Both the position numbers and the translations under genes were made by a program. A stretch of 64,000 nt of DNA from Enterobacteria phage Aplg8, in sequence record NC_054902.1; one strand, given 5' to 3'. Numbering within the stretch: position 1 is the first letter of the stretch; the number at the start of each line of letters is the position of its first letter. Under the pieces are notes generated by a model, which saw only the letters and a list, made by a program, of their open reading frames with translations, searched no databases and had not been told where the DNA came from. Positions 17,318 through 27,290 of the stretch are shown in pieces.

Positions 17318-17325
17318 TATAAATA
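17318..17325 (+). promoter_or_regulatory. T4-type late promoter TATAAATA upstream of gene 24
   Basis: exact octamer 28 nt upstream of the gene 24 ATG. Confidence 0.7.
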
Positions 17326-17352
17326 AATCATATAAACCAAAAGGAAAGCGCA

Positions 17353-18636
17353 ATGGCTAAAATCAACGAACTTCTGCGCGAATCAACCACAACGAATAGC
17401 AACTCAATCGGTCGCCCAAATCTCGTTGCTTTGACTCGCGCTACCACTAAATTAATATATTCTGACATTGTAGCAACGCAAAGAACTAATCAACCTGTTG
17501 CTGCTTTTTATGGTATCAAATACCTTAATCCAGATAACGAATTTACATTTAAAACTGGTGCTACTTACGCTGGCGAAGCTGGATATGTAGACCGAGAACA
17601 AATCACAGAATTAACAGAAGAGTCTAAATTAACTCTCAATAAAGGCGATTTATTCAAATATAATAATATCGTTTATAAAGTATTAGAAGATACACCATTT
17701 GCTGATATTGAAGAAAGCGATTTAGAATTAGCTCTTCAGATTGCAATTGTTCTTTTAAAGGTTCGTTTATTTTCTGATGCTGCAGTAACAAGCAAATTTG
17801 AAAGCTCTGATAGTGAAATTGCGGATGCTAGATTCCAGATTAATAAATGGCAAACCGCAGTTAAATCTCGTAAACTTAAAACTGGCATTACGGTTGAATT
17901 AGCACAAGATTTAGAAGCAAATGGATTCGATGCTCCTAATTTCTTGGAAGATTTGCTTGCAACTGAAATGGCGGATGAAATCAATAAAGATATTCTGCAG
18001 TCTTTGATTACAGTATCAAAACGTTATAAAGTTACAGGAATTACTGATACTGGATTCATCGATTTGAGTTATGCATCTGCACCTGAAGCTGGTCGTTCAT
18101 TATACCGAATGGTATGTGAAATGGTTTCGCATATCCAAAAAGAATCAACTTATACAGCAACGTTCTGTGTTGCTTCTGCTCGTGCCGCTGCGATTCTTGC
18201 TGCATCAGGTTGGTTAAAACATAAACCAGAAGATGACAAATATCTTTCACAAAATGCCTACGGGTTCTTAGCTAATGGTTTACCGCTTTATTGCGATACC
18301 AACAGCCCATTAGATTATGTAATCGTTGGCGTAGTAGAAAATATCGGTGAAAAAGAAATTGTTGGATCAATTTTCTATGCTCCATATACAGAAGGTCTTG
18401 ACTTAGATGACCCTGAACATGTAGGTGCATTTAAAGTTGTAGTTGATCCAGAAAGTTTGCAGCCATCTATCGGTTTATTGGTTAGATATGCTTTATCTGC
18501 AAATCCTTATACTGTAGCAAAAGATGAAAAAGAAGCAAGAATAATTGATGGTGGAGACATGGATAAAATGGCGGGTCGTTCAGATTTGTCTGTTTTATTA
18601 GGTGTTAAGCTACCAAAAATTATCGTTGATGAATAA
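17353..18636 (+). CDS. 24: capsid vertex protein gp24
   Basis: 427-aa ORF, paralogous in architecture to gp23; synteny. Confidence 0.93.
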   Translation: MAKINELLRESTTTNSNSIGRPNLVALTRATTKLIYSDIVATQRTNQPVAAFYGIKYLNPDNEFTFKTGATYAGEAGYVDREQITELTEESKLTLNKGDLFKYNNIVYKVLEDTPFADIEESDLELALQIAIVLLKVRLFSDAAVTSKFESSDSEIADARFQINKWQTAVKSRKLKTGITVELAQDLEANGFDAPNFLEDLLATEMADEINKDILQSLITVSKRYKVTGITDTGFIDLSYASAPEAGRSLYRMVCEMVSHIQKESTYTATFCVASARAAAILAASGWLKHKPEDDKYLSQNAYGFLANGLPLYCDTNSPLDYVIVGVVENIGEKEIVGSIFYAPYTEGLDLDDPEHVGAFKVVVDPESLQPSIGLLVRYALSANPYTVAKDEKEARIIDGGDMDKMAGRSDLSVLLGVKLPKIIVDE

Positions 18637-18639
18637 AAC

Positions 18640-18663
18640 AAAGGGACCGAAAGGTCCCTTTTT
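18640..18663. terminator. bidirectional hairpin AAGGGACC-GAAA-GGTCCCTT between convergent genes 24 and rnlB
   Basis: 8-bp stem; A-run on one side and T-run on the other. Confidence 0.7.
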
Positions 18664-18665
18664 AT

Positions 18666-19670
18666 TTAACTTACCAATTCAATCCAAGCCGGACGAAGTA
18701 CATCTTGTACCATTTTAACTAATTCCTTCTTAATCAAGGAAGGATTATCCGCTTGAGTTAAAGTAATACCTTCACGAGAAGTTTCTTCCAAAATATCTTG
18801 AACAGTTAGCCCCATCACCTTTCCAAAATCCTTTGGACCAATTTCGCCAATTTTAGAAATAACGTTATTTACCCGGTTCAGTGTAACGTAACAAGCTAAA
18901 ATTCCCACCAATTTGTTATCAGCTTCTGATAGTTCAACTTTAGCTTTAATAGGCTTATCAGACTTTTTCTTTTCACTAAATTTGGAATTCTTGCATTTAA
19001 TCGCTACACGATTGCGATTAGGCAGCCAAGAAGGATAACAAGGTTTCAATACATATCCTTCAGCGGTAAATACTTCGCCTTTTGCTTCGGCATTCCAAAC
19101 GCATTTATTTGCATCAACTAATCCAGCATGGTCTACTGTAAAATTATAATCTTGGACGACAGAATCTAAATCATTTGGCAATTTAATAAGCTCTTCAAAT
19201 TTACCGCGACCTAAAAGTGGAGCCATTTTAAATTTAAATGTATTGCAGAATGATTCCATCATATAATCGTCGACATAAGTCACATCGCCACTTTCTGTAG
19301 TGACAATAATGTCAAATACATAAAAATCTTTATCACCATAATCGACATTCTTCTGAATGCCAGGTCCAGCGAATTCGCCAAAGACTTGATAAGATACAAC
19401 CGCTGAGGTTTCCATAATATCTTGTACTGCTTTAATGGAATCAGCGTAATTCTTTAGAATAATTTCATACCCAAAGAAATCTTCAGCAGGAAGAATAGGA
19501 CCAGTACGTTTAGCGCAAGTTACTTTATCACGCTCAATAATCAATGAGAAATTTGTGCCGTGAATCTTTTCACGAGCTACCCATTCGCCGCCAGTCAATC
19601 CCAAGCTGTAAAGTTTTTCAATAAATTTAGAGTTGTAATGATTTTCAAGACTGCTATACTTTTTAAACAT
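18666..19670 (-). CDS. rnlB: RNA ligase 2 (Rnl2)
   Basis: 334-aa ORF; nucleotidyltransferase motif I KIHGTNF; synteny downstream of gene 24. Confidence 0.93.
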   Translation of the reverse strand: MFKKYSSLENHYNSKFIEKLYSLGLTGGEWVAREKIHGTNFSLIIERDKVTCAKRTGPILPAEDFFGYEIILKNYADSIKAVQDIMETSAVVSYQVFGEFAGPGIQKNVDYGDKDFYVFDIIVTTESGDVTYVDDYMMESFCNTFKFKMAPLLGRGKFEELIKLPNDLDSVVQDYNFTVDHAGLVDANKCVWNAEAKGEVFTAEGYVLKPCYPSWLPNRNRVAIKCKNSKFSEKKKSDKPIKAKVELSEADNKLVGILACYVTLNRVNNVISKIGEIGPKDFGKVMGLTVQDILEETSREGITLTQADNPSLIKKELVKMVQDVLRPAWIELVS

Positions 19671-19679
19671 AATTAATCC

Positions 19680-19964
19680 TCAAAATGTAATTTCTAACCA
19701 ATCACCATCACCATCACGCTGATCACTATTGACTTTAAAATTAAATCCTTCTTTTCTCAGCCAATCACCAATTTCTTCAGTAATCAATTTATCGCGAGCA
19801 GTACAATAATAACTAAAATATGTTTTACCTTGTTCAGCTGCTTTATTAGCAAGTTCTGAAAAATCTTTAATAAAACACTCTAGCTTAAACTGTTTACTTT
19901 TGAATGCTTTTTCGCGTAATTGATTAGCAAAAGATTCATTTTCATAAAGATCATACTGTTCCAT
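19680..19964 (-). CDS. hypothetical protein (T4 24.2 position)
   Basis: 94-aa ORF tightly packed after rnlB. Confidence 0.6.
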   Translation of the reverse strand: MEQYDLYENESFANQLREKAFKSKQFKLECFIKDFSELANKAAEQGKTYFSYYCTARDKLITEEIGDWLRKEGFNFKVNSDQRDGDGDWLEITF

Positions 19965-20166
19965 TTTTCACCTTTTTATTGATATGTCTTTTTCTATAGA
20001 CAACTTTTTCTCGAGTTTCAAATTTATTCTTAGCAGTCATAGCTCGAGCCCATAATACAGCCACTTCTTTCGCCTGTAAATTTAATTCACGAGCAATTTC
20101 AATGAATGACTTTCCAGACTCATGAAGAGTAAACACCACAACCTCAGTTCTCATAATTAATCTCAT
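19951..20166 (-). CDS. small hypothetical protein with helix-turn-helix-like segment (T4 24.3 position)
   Basis: 71-aa ORF; segment SFIEIARELNLQAKEVAVLWARA resembles an HTH; the start may instead be an internal Met. Confidence 0.55.
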   Translation of the reverse strand: MRLIMRTEVVVFTLHESGKSFIEIARELNLQAKEVAVLWARAMTAKNKFETREKVVYRKRHINKKVKNGTV

Positions 20167-20235
20167 GTTATCGAGTTGGTGCCATTATATACATCATTTT
20201 CTGATTGTGTTTTGTGTGCTTTCAAAATGAAGAAA

Positions 20236-20249
20236 GGGGCCGAAGCCCC
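20236..20249 (-). terminator. hairpin (RNA GGGGC-UUCG-GCCCC) downstream of hoc
   Basis: plus strand GGGGCCGAAGCCCC 6 nt past the hoc stop; T-run follows on the minus strand. Confidence 0.6.
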
Positions 20250-20254
20250 TACGA

Positions 20255-21385
20255 TTATGGATAGGTATAGATGATACCAGTTTCTAAAGCAGTTTTGTGA
20301 ATGATGTATCCATTACGCGATTCTTGGACATCAACTTCTGGATAATCTTTCATCATCTTCTGAAGAGTGTAACGATGCAGGTAGTATTTACTATCTGGAT
20401 CTTCAGTTTTCCAATCTTTACCTTCTTCAGTCATTTTTTGAATTTCATCCATAACCCACCAACCGCACCAGATATAAGCTGAAGTACGATGTGGAAGAGG
20501 ATGAACATAAGGCAATTCACCTTCTGGTTCTGGAGCAACTTTATCAGTTACCTGAACTTGACCTTCTGCTGTGATAGTTTTGCTATCATAGTCATCTGCA
20601 GTAACGACGGCAGTCACTTCAATAGTTTGACTTCCAACAGATGAAGTATCAACGGTATATACATTAGTTGACCCTTCTACAGGAGAAGAATCTTTCTTCC
20701 ATGAATACGCAATTTGCGCTTCTTCTGGAGCATCAGTGACATTAGCAGTAAATGTAGCCGAAGCATCTTGTTGAACGTTAATAGAAGGAGGAGTCAATGT
20801 AACCTGTGGATTCATTGTCTTCTTATTAACTGTTAATGATACTTCATTAGAAGTAACTTCCTTTGCATCATAATCTGTCGCGGTTACTTGAGCCACACAC
20901 TTAATTGTTTTAACTCCGCTTGTGGTAGGAGTGTAATTGAATGTAGTAGAAGTTGCTTCGCCTACAGGAGAACCGTCAACGTGCCATTGATACGTAGCAG
21001 ATGCGCCTGGTGGTTGAGAAGCTAAGGCAGCAGTAAATTGAACTGGGGTTCCAATTACTCCAGCTGAAGGACTATCGGGAGTTACTGCCAAGGTAGTCGT
21101 CTGTGTCTTATTTTGAACTGTGATAGTTGTAGTAGCTTCTGCTGTTTCAGCTTCAGCTTCTGGAACTGTATTTGTTGCAACAACTTTAATAGTCTTTTGA
21201 CCAGCAGGACCTTTTAATACATAATCAAAAGTTGCTTCAGACCCATCTTGTGGAGCATTATCTACACTCCAAGCATAAGTAATAGTTCCACCTCCAGTTT
21301 CACCACTGGGTGCAGCAGTAAACTGCTTGGTTTCATCAATAACCCCTGTCGGTGTTTTAGGAGTTATATCAACTGTAAAAGCCAT
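20255..21385 (-). CDS. hoc: highly immunogenic outer capsid protein Hoc (Ig-like domains)
   Basis: 376-aa ORF; Thr/Val-rich beta-sandwich repeats; synteny. Confidence 0.92.
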   Translation of the reverse strand: MAFTVDITPKTPTGVIDETKQFTAAPSGETGGGTITYAWSVDNAPQDGSEATFDYVLKGPAGQKTIKVVATNTVPEAEAETAEATTTITVQNKTQTTTLAVTPDSPSAGVIGTPVQFTAALASQPPGASATYQWHVDGSPVGEATSTTFNYTPTTSGVKTIKCVAQVTATDYDAKEVTSNEVSLTVNKKTMNPQVTLTPPSINVQQDASATFTANVTDAPEEAQIAYSWKKDSSPVEGSTNVYTVDTSSVGSQTIEVTAVVTADDYDSKTITAEGQVQVTDKVAPEPEGELPYVHPLPHRTSAYIWCGWWVMDEIQKMTEEGKDWKTEDPDSKYYLHRYTLQKMMKDYPEVDVQESRNGYIIHKTALETGIIYTYP

Positions 21386-21394
21386 AAGTTATCC

Positions 21395-22075
21395 TTATTT
21401 TAATGTTACGAAAGAAGAATTGCGTGTTTCACGAATTAAAACTGATCCGTCACGGTTAATGTAATAAATTAAGCTAAATAAAGTTTGGTGTGCTGATGCA
21501 TGCTCAAAACTAGTTGGGTGAGATTTCCAATCCGGAGTTTCAGCAATCCATTGATAAATCCACCAAGGAACAGTGCAGAATCCTGGATTTTTTCCAATCA
21601 GCTGAAGATTTGGGCTAAAGTTTTCCGGAAGAGTAAATACAGACGGCTTTTCAGATTCAATAATCTCAGCTACAGCCTGTTCAAATTTTTCTTCAACAAA
21701 AGGAGTATCTTCAATCAAAACATCGGTATTTTCAGGAATTTTATCCTTTTCTACTACTTCAATTTTAATGTCAGATTTAACCGGAGAATCAATCAGAAGT
21801 GCTGCTTCTGGATTGACTTCTTCATCGTCATATTTTAATCCCTCTGCGGCATCAGCAGCATCAATTAAGTCTTTAATAGATAACCCATCAGTCTCTGGCA
21901 TAGGTTCACTAGCAAGCTTCTGGAGGGCTTCTTCAATATCAACAACGATATTATCAAAAGATTTATTCTTTTTGACCTTTATACCAAACTGTTCAGCATA
22001 TTCAGCTAATTTAGCTTTAGCTTCTTTATTATCATCAAGAGCCTTCAGCTCTGCAATATAATCTTTATCTATCAT
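21395..22075 (-). CDS. inh: Inh, inhibitor of prohead protease
   Basis: 226-aa ORF directly upstream of hoc on the same strand; synteny. Confidence 0.8.
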   Translation of the reverse strand: MIDKDYIAELKALDDNKEAKAKLAEYAEQFGIKVKKNKSFDNIVVDIEEALQKLASEPMPETDGLSIKDLIDAADAAEGLKYDDEEVNPEAALLIDSPVKSDIKIEVVEKDKIPENTDVLIEDTPFVEEKFEQAVAEIIESEKPSVFTLPENFSPNLQLIGKNPGFCTVPWWIYQWIAETPDWKSHPTSFEHASAHQTLFSLIYYINRDGSVLIRETRNSSFVTLK

Positions 22076-22088
22076 AATATTTCCTCAG

Positions 22089-22096
22089 TATAAATA
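22089..22096 (+). promoter_or_regulatory. T4-type late promoter TATAAATA upstream of segE
   Basis: exact octamer 29 nt upstream of the segE ATG. Confidence 0.6.
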
Positions 22097-22124
22097 TAGA
22101 TATATTTATTACTCGGAAAATAGT

Positions 22125-22742
22125 ATGTACCACTTTGTATATGAAACAACAAATCTAATAAATGGTAAAAAGTATATAGGAAAACACTCTACTGATGACT
22201 TGAATGATGGTTACCTTGGTTCCGGTAAGGCAATTCAGCAGGCTATAAAGAAATATGGTGAAAACAATTTCTCTAGAACAATACTAAAAGAGTTTAAAAC
22301 TTCCGAAGAAGCGTACATGTATGAAGAAGAAATTATAACTCCTGAAATAATAAAAAGCAAAAATTATTATAATATGAAACCTGGTGGAATTGGTGGAATT
22401 GTTATGACTACAGAGGTTATAGCAAAGATGAAAGAATCTTCCGCTAAGAGATTTGAAAACTCACCGGGCACGGTATTAGGTACAACTTGTTACACTAATG
22501 GAACTAAAAATATTTTTATTAAACCTGGAGAACTTGTTCCAGAAGGATTTGTAAAAGGGATGGTTCATCCTAATAGAAAGTCCAGAAAAGGATGTAAAGT
22601 CAAACCGACTACCACAGGAACTTTTTGGGTCAATAATGGTGCAATAAATAAATTAATACAACCAGACGGTATTATTCCCGACGGATTTATTAAAGGTCGT
22701 CTCATGAAAAGAGATTCTAAAGGCAAATTTAGTAAGGCATAA
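22125..22742 (+). CDS. segE: GIY-YIG homing endonuclease SegE
   Basis: 205-aa ORF; N-terminal YHFVY...GKKYIGKHS GIY-YIG module; located between inh and uvsW as in T4. Confidence 0.88.
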   Translation: MYHFVYETTNLINGKKYIGKHSTDDLNDGYLGSGKAIQQAIKKYGENNFSRTILKEFKTSEEAYMYEEEIITPEIIKSKNYYNMKPGGIGGIVMTTEVIAKMKESSAKRFENSPGTVLGTTCYTNGTKNIFIKPGELVPEGFVKGMVHPNRKSRKGCKVKPTTTGTFWVNNGAINKLIQPDGIIPDGFIKGRLMKRDSKGKFSKA

Positions 22743-22744
22743 TT

Positions 22745-24253
22745 ATGGATATTAAAGTACATTTTCACGACTTCAGCCATGTACGCATCGATTGTGAAGA
22801 GAGCACGTTCCACGAATTAAGAGATTTCTTTTCGTTTGAGGCCGATGGATATAGGTTTAATCCTCGCTTCAGATATGGCAACTGGGATGGACGAATCCGT
22901 CTTTTAGATTATAATCGTCTTCTTCCATTCGGCTTAGTCGGGCAAATTAAAAAGTTCTGTGATAACTTTGGCTATAAAGCCTGGATTGACCCACAAATTA
23001 ACGAAAAAGAAGAATTATCAAGAAAAGATTTTGATGAATGGCTTTCTAAATTAGAAATCTATTCAGGAAATAAAAGAATTGAACCACACTGGTATCAAAA
23101 AGATGCAGTGTTCGAAGGATTAGTTAATCGTCGTAGAATTCTTAATCTTCCAACATCTGCAGGTAAATCTTTAATTCAAGCTTTGCTTGCGCGATATTAT
23201 TTGGAAAATTATGAAGGTAAAATTCTTATCATTGTTCCAACAACTGCTCTGACAACTCAGATGGCTGATGACTTCGTCGACTATCGTTTATTCAGTCATG
23301 CAATGATAAAGAAAATTGGCGGCGGAGCATCAAAAGATGATAAATATAAAAATGATGCACCAGTCGTTGTTGGTACATGGCAAACTGTAGTTAAACAACC
23401 GAAAGAATGGTTCTCACAGTTTGGAATGATGATGAATGATGAATGCCATCTTGCTACAGGAAAAAGTATTTCATCTATCATATCAGGTTTAAATAACTGC
23501 ATGTTCAAATTCGGTTTGTCCGGTTCATTACGTGATGGCAAAGCTAATATCATGCAGTATGTTGGAATGTTTGGTGAAATATTTAAGCCAGTAACGACTT
23601 CTAAATTAATGGAAGATGGGCAAGTAACTGAGCTAAAAATTAATAGTATTTTTCTTCGCTATCCCGATGAGTTCACTACTAAATTAAAGGGAAAAACTTA
23701 TCAAGAAGAAATAAAAATTATTACTGGGCTTAGTAAAAGAAATAAATGGATCGCTAAATTAGCTATTAAGCTTGCGCAAAAAGATGAAAACGCTTTTGTC
23801 ATGTTTAAACATGTATCACATGGTAAAGCTATTTTCGATTTAATTAAAAATGAATACGATAAAGTTTATTACGTATCAGGGGAAGTTGATACCGAAACCC
23901 GCAATATAATGAAAACCTTAGCTGAAAATGGTAAAGGAATAATTATAGTAGCTAGTTATGGTGTATTTTCTACTGGTATTTCAGTTAAAAATCTGCATCA
24001 CGTTGTTTTAGCGCACGGTGTTAAATCAAAAATCATTGTATTACAAACAATCGGTCGTGTATTACGTAAGCATGGTTCTAAGACAATAGCAACAGTCTGG
24101 GACCTCATAGATGATTGTGGTGTTAAGCCAAAATCTGCTAATACGAAAAAGAAATATGTTCATTTGAACTATCTTTTAAAACACGGCATTGATCGTATTC
24201 AGCGCTACGCAGATGAAAAATTCAATTACGTAATGAAAACAGTTAATTTATAA
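22745..24253 (+). CDS. uvsW: UvsW SF2 DNA helicase
   Basis: 502-aa ORF; helicase motifs (PTSAGKS Walker A, DECH box); synteny. Confidence 0.95.
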   Translation: MDIKVHFHDFSHVRIDCEESTFHELRDFFSFEADGYRFNPRFRYGNWDGRIRLLDYNRLLPFGLVGQIKKFCDNFGYKAWIDPQINEKEELSRKDFDEWLSKLEIYSGNKRIEPHWYQKDAVFEGLVNRRRILNLPTSAGKSLIQALLARYYLENYEGKILIIVPTTALTTQMADDFVDYRLFSHAMIKKIGGGASKDDKYKNDAPVVVGTWQTVVKQPKEWFSQFGMMMNDECHLATGKSISSIISGLNNCMFKFGLSGSLRDGKANIMQYVGMFGEIFKPVTTSKLMEDGQVTELKINSIFLRYPDEFTTKLKGKTYQEEIKIITGLSKRNKWIAKLAIKLAQKDENAFVMFKHVSHGKAIFDLIKNEYDKVYYVSGEVDTETRNIMKTLAENGKGIIIVASYGVFSTGISVKNLHHVVLAHGVKSKIIVLQTIGRVLRKHGSKTIATVWDLIDDCGVKPKSANTKKKYVHLNYLLKHGIDRIQRYADEKFNYVMKTVNL

Positions 24254-24268
24254 GGGCTTCGGCCCTTT
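24253..24268 (+). terminator. hairpin AAGGGC-TTCG-GCCCTT after uvsW
   Basis: 6-bp stem with UUCG loop immediately after the uvsW stop. Confidence 0.5.
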
Positions 24269-24278
24269 GGAGAAAAAG

Positions 24279-24509
24279 ATGTTACTAGAATTTAAACAAT
24301 TTCTTTATGAAGCTTCTATTGATGAATTTATGGGTAAAATTGCCTCTTGTCAAACATTAGAAGGTTTAGAAGAACTTGAAGCTTATTATAAGAAAAGAGT
24401 CAAAGAAACTGAATTAAAAGATACTGATGACATCTCTGTGAGAGATGCTTTGGCAGGAAAAAGAGCTGAATTAGAAGATTCAGACGATGAAGTAGAAGAA
24501 AGCTTTTAA
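24279..24509 (+). CDS. uvsW.1: UvsW.1 small acidic protein
   Basis: 76 aa from the ATG at 24279 (MLLEFKQFLYEA...); the ORF-track start at 24267 is a TTG. Confidence 0.7.
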   Translation: MLLEFKQFLYEASIDEFMGKIASCQTLEGLEELEAYYKKRVKETELKDTDDISVRDALAGKRAELEDSDDEVEESF

Positions 24510-24567
24510 ATTAAAAAAGGCCCAACCAAAAAGGAAGGGCCAAAACTATAGACTAAAGGTCACACTA

Positions 24568-24732
24568 TAGCAAAAGTTGTGTTTCATTTAATTGTTCTTC
24601 CGAACTTTCTGAAACTGGTAGTTCTTTAATGTAATTATAGCAAGGCCCAGGATGTACAGGACCTTTGTCTGTTTCAACAACCAATGCAGAATCGATTGGA
24701 GTTTTACAGACAACACAAATCTTATCTGACAT
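24568..24732 (-). CDS. small Cys-containing hypothetical protein (55 aa)
   Basis: hand-translated minus-strand ORF MSDKICVVCKTPIDSALVVETDKGPVHPGPCYNYIKE...; CxxC plus a distal Cys; not in the ORF track because under 60 aa. Confidence 0.45.
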
Positions 24733-24760
24733 GATTGTCTCCTCTGAATTATATATCTAT

Positions 24761-24985
24761 TTATACAACTCTCATATGCATATCAATGCCCATATCTTTA
24801 GAATAAAAATATTCATCAAGATATCCGGCAAATTTTCCTTTAATATAAAGGACATCTTCACCGCATGGGTGGTCGGCCAGGATACGAATATCCTGACGCT
24901 TAAGATTATGCTTTTTCATTAAGAATTGAATTTCCGTTTCAAATTCTTCTTCATAATTAAAAGCATCATCAATGCTATATCTCAT
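24761..24985 (-). CDS. hypothetical protein upstream-adjacent to uvsY (T4 uvsY.-1 position)
   Basis: 74-aa ORF; start overlaps the uvsY stop. Confidence 0.65.
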   Translation of the reverse strand: MRYSIDDAFNYEEEFETEIQFLMKKHNLKRQDIRILADHPCGEDVLYIKGKFAGYLDEYFYSKDMGIDMHMRVV

Positions 24986-25398
24986 TATTTTCCAGCCTCA
25001 AATGCCCGCATGTCTTGAATATGCTTAATAGCAAATCCGCGTGATTTGATAGCATCAAGAGCTCCACTACAGAAATCTAATAAAATCCCCCAATACTGCA
25101 GCGAGGTATCAACCTTTAAAACATCCTTATCAGCTGATAGAACTGTCTTCATTTCTGATTTCTCGTAACGATCCATACTAAATTCATCACCATCTCCTCG
25201 TCCCGAGTAGTAGTCTAATTTAGCTTTAAGAGCAACTTTTTTCTGTGCATCAATTCTAAGCATTTCCTTTTTAATACTTGAATGCTTATTAAGCCATTTA
25301 CTATATAACATCACATTATTAGCTGCTTCATACTGTAATTTAGTCGAATCTATAAACACATCTTTCTTCAATTCTTCTTGAAGATCTTCTAATCTCAT
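24985..25398 (-). CDS. uvsY: UvsY recombination mediator
   Basis: 137-aa ORF; synteny. Confidence 0.93.
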   Translation of the reverse strand: MRLEDLQEELKKDVFIDSTKLQYEAANNVMLYSKWLNKHSSIKKEMLRIDAQKKVALKAKLDYYSGRGDGDEFSMDRYEKSEMKTVLSADKDVLKVDTSLQYWGILLDFCSGALDAIKSRGFAIKHIQDMRAFEAGK

Positions 25399-25464
25399 AT
25401 TGTTCTCTATTCAATTGTTATTGGATGGACTTAGATTCATTATACCACGTTTTAACGTGAAGCA

Positions 25465-25863
25465 TTATACTCTATTACTGGAAGCCAGTTGCAGTTTTAT
25501 CTGCTCAATATCATCGGGGTTATCGATGACCGAAAAGCGTATTTCTACTATCAGAGTATAATCATCATAAACGGGTATCACATTAACTGCTAATTTATCA
25601 ATACGTGGCTCATAGTTTCTTACTGCGCTTTCGATATTGCGCTCAACTGTGTCAGCAGTAAGAGGAGTCATATTTTCAAAAAGTTGGTCTGATAAATCAC
25701 ATCCAAATTCAGGGTCAAACGGTCTTGAACCTTTTCTTGTTGTAATAATTCCCAAAAGACTGTTTTTAATTGACCTTAATCCAAGCGATCTGGAAACGTC
25801 TTTGTTCCAATCCATTTTCATTTCCGGGTCAATGTCAGAATAAAGCTTATTAATATTTGACAT
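25465..25863 (-). CDS. 25: baseplate wedge protein gp25
   Basis: 132-aa ORF; synteny. Confidence 0.92.
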   Translation of the reverse strand: MSNINKLYSDIDPEMKMDWNKDVSRSLGLRSIKNSLLGIITTRKGSRPFDPEFGCDLSDQLFENMTPLTADTVERNIESAVRNYEPRIDKLAVNVIPVYDDYTLIVEIRFSVIDNPDDIEQIKLQLASSNRV

Positions 25864-26489
25864 TATAGTAACTCAAAGAACTCTTTGAGGCCTCTTATTA
25901 CGTGAGCATGGGTTTTTCCACACTCTGGACACTTAATTGGAACAGCCAAATAAACAGTAGGCTTTAAAAGCATATCTTTTATAGCTACAATATCTGACTC
26001 TGTGATGATAGAATATAAATCTTCCAGTTCTTTTTCATTTAAGTCTTCAACTGGAATGCTTTCCCCGTTAGCATGAATCGTTTCTATGCATGATACTATC
26101 ATGTGGGCTATATTTTTATCATCAAAAATTTTAGGGTATCGGAATTTAATTTTAATGTCACCCAGTGTATACCAGAGGTCTTCTGGTGCATCTATTTGTG
26201 TATGTAATAGATTTATATGGGTTGGTATTTCAGTTCCACAGGTGCACTTCCAGGAGTTTTCGTGATTAACTTCACCGAGAGAATGTGCCCATAAATGAAT
26301 CAACAATAGTTCTGATTCTTGGCGGTTTAAATCTTTTGCATTTGTGCAGTCTTTGATTAGCTTTTTAACAATTACTTCTACGGAACCATTATTTTTGGCA
26401 GTAATAAGTTCTAGATATTCTTTAAGCGTGAATGCGCGACAATTGATTATTTTAGAACCAATTCTCACATCAAATTTGTATTCATACAT
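25863..26489 (-). CDS. 26: baseplate hub protein gp26
   Basis: 208-aa ORF; synteny. Confidence 0.88.
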   Translation of the reverse strand: MYEYKFDVRIGSKIINCRAFTLKEYLELITAKNNGSVEVIVKKLIKDCTNAKDLNRQESELLLIHLWAHSLGEVNHENSWKCTCGTEIPTHINLLHTQIDAPEDLWYTLGDIKIKFRYPKIFDDKNIAHMIVSCIETIHANGESIPVEDLNEKELEDLYSIITESDIVAIKDMLLKPTVYLAVPIKCPECGKTHAHVIRGLKEFFELL

Positions 26490-26511
26490 ATTTTAGCTCC
26501 TTTATTTATCA

Positions 26512-26523
26512 TATTTATAAATA
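26512..26523. promoter_or_regulatory. divergent overlapping late promoters (TATTTATAAATA) between genes 26 and 51
   Basis: TATAAATA on the + strand at 26516-26523 and on the - strand at 26512-26519 within a 12-bp quasi-palindrome. Confidence 0.6.
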
Positions 26524-26540
26524 GAATAAAAGGAGCATCT

Positions 26541-27290
26541 ATGGCAAACATTATTCGTTGTAAATTACCAGATGGTGTTCATCGTTTTAAACCATTTACG
26601 GTAGAAGATTATCGAGATTTTTTGTTAGTTCGAAACGATATAGAACATCGGTCACCACAAGAACAAAAAGAAGTAATTGCTGATTTAATTGCTGATTATT
26701 TTGGAGATTATCCAAAGACTTGGCAACCATTTATATTTTTGCAGGTATTTGTAGGGTCAATAGGTAAAACTAAAGTACCAGTCACATTTGTATGTCCAAA
26801 ATGTAAAAAAGAAAAGACAGTTCCATTTGAAATATATCAAAAAGAATTAAAGGAACCTGTTTTTGATGTAGCTAATGTTAAAATTAAATTAAAGTTTCCT
26901 TCTGAGTTTTATGAAAATAAAGCAAAGATGATTACTGAAAATATTCATTCTGTCCAAGTAGATGAAACGTGGTATGATTGGAAGGAAATTAGTGAATCAA
27001 GTCAAATAGAACTTGTTGATGCCATCGAGATAGAAACATTAGAAAAAATTCTCGATTCAATGAATCCTATTAATTTAACATTGCACATGTCGTGTTGTAA
27101 TAAGTATGTAAAAAAATACACTGATATAGTAGATGTGTTTAAGCTATTAGTTAACCCAGATGAAATATTTACTTTTTATCAAATCAATCACACGCTTGTA
27201 AAAAGTAATTATAGCTTAAATTCAATAATGAAAATGATTCCTGCTGAGCGCGGATTCGTATTAAAACTGATTGAGAAGGATAAACAATAA
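26541..27290 (+). CDS. 51: baseplate hub assembly protein gp51
   Basis: 249-aa ORF; synteny. Confidence 0.88.
   Translation: MANIIRCKLPDGVHRFKPFTVEDYRDFLLVRNDIEHRSPQEQKEVIADLIADYFGDYPKTWQPFIFLQVFVGSIGKTKVPVTFVCPKCKKEKTVPFEIYQKELKEPVFDVANVKIKLKFPSEFYENKAKMITENIHSVQVDETWYDWKEISESSQIELVDAIEIETLEKILDSMNPINLTLHMSCCNKYVKKYTDIVDVFKLLVNPDEIFTFYQINHTLVKSNYSLNSIMKMIPAERGFVLKLIEKDKQ

Noticed and set aside
21500-22061. 112-aa and 97-aa plus-strand ORFs opposite inh
   Set aside because: Antisense to inh; low-complexity translations
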